The notes beneath the pieces are model-generated. The model saw nothing but the letters and a program-made list of their open reading frames with translations, was not told where the DNA came from and searched no databases. Shown here in pieces: positions 59,814 through 64,000 of a DNA stretch of 64,000 nucleotides. The DNA is from Lama guanicoe. Lineage: Eukaryota. How positions within the stretch are numbered: position 1 is the first letter of the stretch; each line of letters opens with the position of its first letter. The position numbers and the translations under genes were made by a program. The stretch covers positions 4,197,434 to 4,261,433 of the forward strand of contig MU053994.1 of the NCBI GenBank assembly GCA_013239625.1. Reading direction: 5' to 3'.

Positions 59814-62304
59814 CAAACTACATAGAACTTCATTTTTTGACAGGGAAGTGAAAGATAAGACAATATTTTGGAAAAAGGAAGCGATTTGTTTGGGGAAGTT
59901 ATCAAAAAGCAGGCTATGTCCCAATTTATTATGAATGTCAGAGAACTGCTCCCCTCTAAGTTAATTTCTTATTACATGACTTTTTCATGCTGTAATTCAT
60001 CCCATAGCCCTCCACATCCTAGGATTACAGCAGTATCTTTAAAATTGCAATCCAACAGCAAAAGCCTTGACTCTACCATGCACAAAGGATCCTCAGTGAT
60101 ATGTTCCTCTCCTTGGATTTTACGTAAGTGAAAGAGTGTAGAAAATAAATCCATTTGGATATTGTTATTTATTTACACCCTACCTGGTTCCAAAAAAAAG
60201 ATACAGAGTATGGTATTTTTCTACAAAGTCCATAAACATACAATATTTTAAAAAATCTGTATTTCTGCAACCTCACAATAGATGATCTACTGACCAACTA
60301 TGCTACATATTAGAATTCGTATTGGACATCACATTCATCTTCAAGCGGCAATCTTTTCCCATTTTTCTTTGTCAAAGACTTCTGGAAATGTTATGCTAAA
60401 AATAACAGACTTTTAATGTGAGTAACAGGTTAACAAAAATGAAAGTTGCTATAGAAACAGAATGCACACTTCAGAAAGCAGAGCTGCAAGGAAAAATGAT
60501 ATTTATCGGCTGCAGTAAATTGGCAGAAGCTTATCAATATATATCCCATAGTCTGTCTCAGATAGCTTGGTAGCTGCTAATAGAAATATTTCCCAGTATT
60601 TTCCTGAGTTTTGAGGATGTATGCAATCAAGGACGTTCAGTCCAGAGGCAGGAAGAAAAAAAAGATGGCTACTTCATGGATTCCTGCACCACTCAGCATA
60701 AGCAAAAGTGGGTCTATTAAGGCAGGGCCCTCATGTCTTCTTAATGCTGTGTTTTATTTTGATGTCTTAACCATTAGTACTTGCAGAGTTGTCAGAATTA
60801 TTCATGTCAACAGTAGGGAGTTCCTGAATCTCTGAGAATTATCATTTACATGGGGTTTGGTGCGCTTGGCTTGCTCTGAGTCGTACACTGGCAGTGACTT
60901 AGCTTTAATGACAGGATAGCTCCTGTTTAACTGCATTATTAAGGGAGATTTTATTTATTATTGCTTTCCAACTGCAACTTTTGACTGAATGTTGCCATGA
61001 TTCGACCACATTCTATTAAAGAGGAACAAACAGCAATTTTTATATAGCATGCACCACTCTGCTTTTATAGCCTGCATTTTTTCATGCAGTAAATCCAGAC
61101 ATTTTACAATCATTAAGAATATGTAAGACAACTTGGCTCTGTAACATCCTCTCTCCAGAGTTCAACCTGTGCTATAATAAAACAAGTGACCACAGAAACA
61201 TATATCCAGGCTCAGCTCTCTAAAAGCCCAAACCCCCCAATTGTAAATAAGTTCTTTCTGGTAGGAACGTCATAGAGTGTCTGTGCTGAATGGTTGGCTA
61301 CCTTTGATCCATGTGACCGTTGCTTCTTTCTTGCTAATTTCCTTCAAATGACAAGTTGCCCTCTTTCTCAGCTCATTAATAATGTAGCCTCTGGGAAAGG
61401 CAGTGGCTTTAAAATGAGATGATTAGATTGCAGTGACTAGGACCCGGCTGGTGATGGTTTCTGCACTGGGGTTATGTAAGCCTTTAACTTGGCAGGTTTT
61501 CCCCTCCCCTCATGTATCTGTAATGCTTTCCTCCAAAGAATTTTGAGAAGATGGTGATGAGTGCTGCTCTGAAGTTCACTGAAGTCACCCCGGGACTACC
61601 TTCTTCTCATCCCATCTCCTCCCCAGCACCTGGCTCCGCCGGTGTGAAGAGCAGGGATGGTAACAAATGGAGCTGTTTGGGCCAGACAGACAGAGGATAA
61701 GTGAATAGGCTCAGATTTAATTGCTTTCCTACCTGAGACTGCAATTTCCTCCAAGATACGGGAATGGCTCTCTGGAGGAAATGGAACCAAGATAGAGCAG
61801 GGTGATTTTCCAACTTTATGGAAATCTGGACTTGAAACAGTACAAAAGGCCTTTCTTTCTTTCCTTGACCCCCGAACAGTGGCCTTGACAATAAGAAAAG
61901 GTCAGGTTTAGAAGCAACAATACCCGATGAAGACTGGGCCACGTTGGAGCACGGGCACTGTTTATTTAGAGTCTTGACTATACGCTGGGCACTGTGCCTT
62001 ATCTCATGCTTTAGCTCCTTCCATTTTTACAACAGCCCTGCGAAGTGAGAATTATTTTTATAAGGGTTAATCAATTCCTTTTTCAGCCCAATTCTTTTGA
62101 GTCCTGGTTTTCTTTCTTGTCAAACACAGAAAGAACTCAGAACTACTGCATTTCCTCGTTCCTTCTGTCATTTTTTTAATGCTACATCTTACCTAAGCAA
62201 TGTCTTCTTCTTCATCATGTTGCTCTAAAAATAATCATTTTAAACCTCTCTTTTTATGGCATTTATCTTTCGACTGAATTCAGGATTCAGTGTGACATAG
62301 CACA

Positions 62305-62518
62305 CAGAGGTCAGCAAATATTTATGTATGAAGAGCCAGATAGTAAATACTTTAAGTTTTGCAGGCTATATGGTCTGTCTCAGTGACTCAACTCTATTGT
62401 TGTAGTAGGCAAAAGCAGCGTAGATAATACACAAAGGAATGGGCAGGGCTGTGTTCCAATAAAACGTAATTTTCAGGAGCAAGAGGCCTGCCGGTGAGCC
62501 TTGGCTTGCTGACCCCTG
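62305..62518. mobile_element. MER58A-like hAT-Charlie MITE
   Basis: Terminal inverted repeats cagaggtcagcaa / ttgctgacccctg (12 of 13); gccagatagtaaatactttaag...ggctgtgttccaataaaac. Confidence 0.88.
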
Positions 62519-63099
62519 AATTAAAAAAAAAAAAAAAGGAGGGTGGTAGGAGATGGGGGTTGGGCAAAAGATAGCCTCAAATAATTAATTTCTAGGACCA
62601 TGTTATTTGCTGTGTGGCCTTGGTAATAAAGTAATAGATAGTAAAAAGTAATAAAGAAATAAATCTTTGAAGCTTAGTTTCCTTATCTGTAAAACAGGTT
62701 GATAGCTTCCTCATAAAATTATTGTGAGGATTAAAAGAAAGAAACAAGGACTCCTGGACTTTCCCCCCCTTTCAGTTTGACTAACGCTGTTTGTATTCCA
62801 GACACTTGTTTAAATGCTGATGGTACAGCCATAAGACAAGGCCTTTGTCTCCTGCACCATCTCTTAGAAATTCAATGGGCTTTCATCCTGCTGCAGAGGA
62901 TAAAGGAAGGCTTCTTACAGGAGGCATTCAAAGTCTGTCTTGGAGGATGAGTGGAAAATTTTAGGTTGAGAAGCAAGAGAAGGATGTTCCAAGTAGAGAC
63001 AGCAGCTGGAGCAAAGAGATAAAAGCTTCGTAGATTTGCACTGTATTTCAGGAAACTGTGAAAAATGGTCCAGTATAGCTAGAGAACCTGGTGATGCGT

Positions 63100-63590
63100 G
63101 GTAAGGTCCATACTCATAGAGCCTGCCTGATATCCATTCCCCCTTCTTCCTTACTCACAGGTGCACGATTTTGTCCAGGGCACAAAATGTACCCATATAG
63201 AGATACTTAATCCCCCAGTATCCCTTATAACTAAAGGTGGCTGTGTGACACAATTCTAGCCAATGGGAATCTCTGGGAAAGTCTTCTTTTTCTGAATAAA
63301 TAAAATACAGTCGTATAGGAGAAGGCTATCTTCTGATGTGGAAAGTGGGTGTAACACTTGGTGATTCAGCAACCCTTTTGCAATCATGAAAACAAAAGCC
63401 CCATATCGACAGTGACAGGGCAGAAAGACAAAAGAAGCCTGTGTTCCTGGTGGCATTGTTGAGCCACTACACCAGCCCAGTGACCTATTTCCAGGCTTTT
63501 GTTACAAAAGAAAAAAAGCAATCCCATTATTTAAGCCCCTACATATTGTGTTTTCCATTCTTCACAAATGAACAAAATACTAAATGATAT
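63100..63590 (+). mobile_element. MaLR LTR (MLT1J-like)
   Basis: ccattcccccttcttcctta...gtgtgacacaattctagccaatgg...agaagcctgtgttcctggtggcattgttgagccact...tttaagcccct. Confidence 0.8.
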
Positions 63591-64000
63591 ACAATGGAGC
63601 TGGAAATGGTAGGAAAGATGCTGAAAAAGTAGATTTGTTTCAAATTTTGAAGAGTGCCAAATGCTATATTCTGGAGTTCAGACTATCCTGTAGAGAAGTG
63701 AGAAACAGCAAAGGTTTTTAAGCAAAGGAGAGATATAAAATAATTTGTTCAATAGTAGACTATTAAGATCTAAATACAGGCCAAGTACCTTGGGAACTAC
63801 ACAGATGAAAAAACAAAACAAGGAGGCACACTCGCAAATACAATTATTATAAATAATGATGTCTTATGAAGAAAACAAATAGTTTTGCTAAGAATAGTCA
63901 GAGCATCCTACCTTATATATTGTAGGAAGTCCTCTTAGGACAAGTGACAACAGAGCTCAGACATAAAAGATGAGACTTTGGTGATGCAAACACTGAGGAA

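Noticed and set aside
1..64000. CRISPR array, operon or other prokaryote-type system
   Set aside because: Sequence is mammalian; direct repeats are TSDs or two-copy tandem duplications, with no repeat-spacer periodicity.

Overview
Mammalian genomic DNA, most likely a camelid (camel/alpaca/vicuna), judged from eight copies of a tRNA-derived vic-1-like SINE and cetartiodactyl-type L1 3' UTRs. One protein-coding gene is supportable: an intronless, CpG-rich protein phosphatase 1 inhibitor-2 family retrogene on the minus strand (1223-1843, 206 aa). It best matches PPP1R2C (PPP1R2P9, inhibitor-4), which is X-linked and testis-expressed in other mammals. Upstream of it is a compact cluster of GC-box, CRE, RFX and MYB-like motifs. 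The remaining ~62 kb is gene-desert-like and dense in nested repeats: old and young L1, L2, MIR, HAL1, MER DNA transposons, and ERV1/ERVL/MaLR/ERVK-type LTRs, many with readable target-site duplications (TSDs). I found no convincing new biological system. The best leads are the retrogene's altered phospho-sites and promoter, a candidate L1 3' transduction, an L1 inserted into a perfect hairpin, and a 6-bp-TSD solo LTR. Repeat family names come from recalled consensus resemblance, not from a search.
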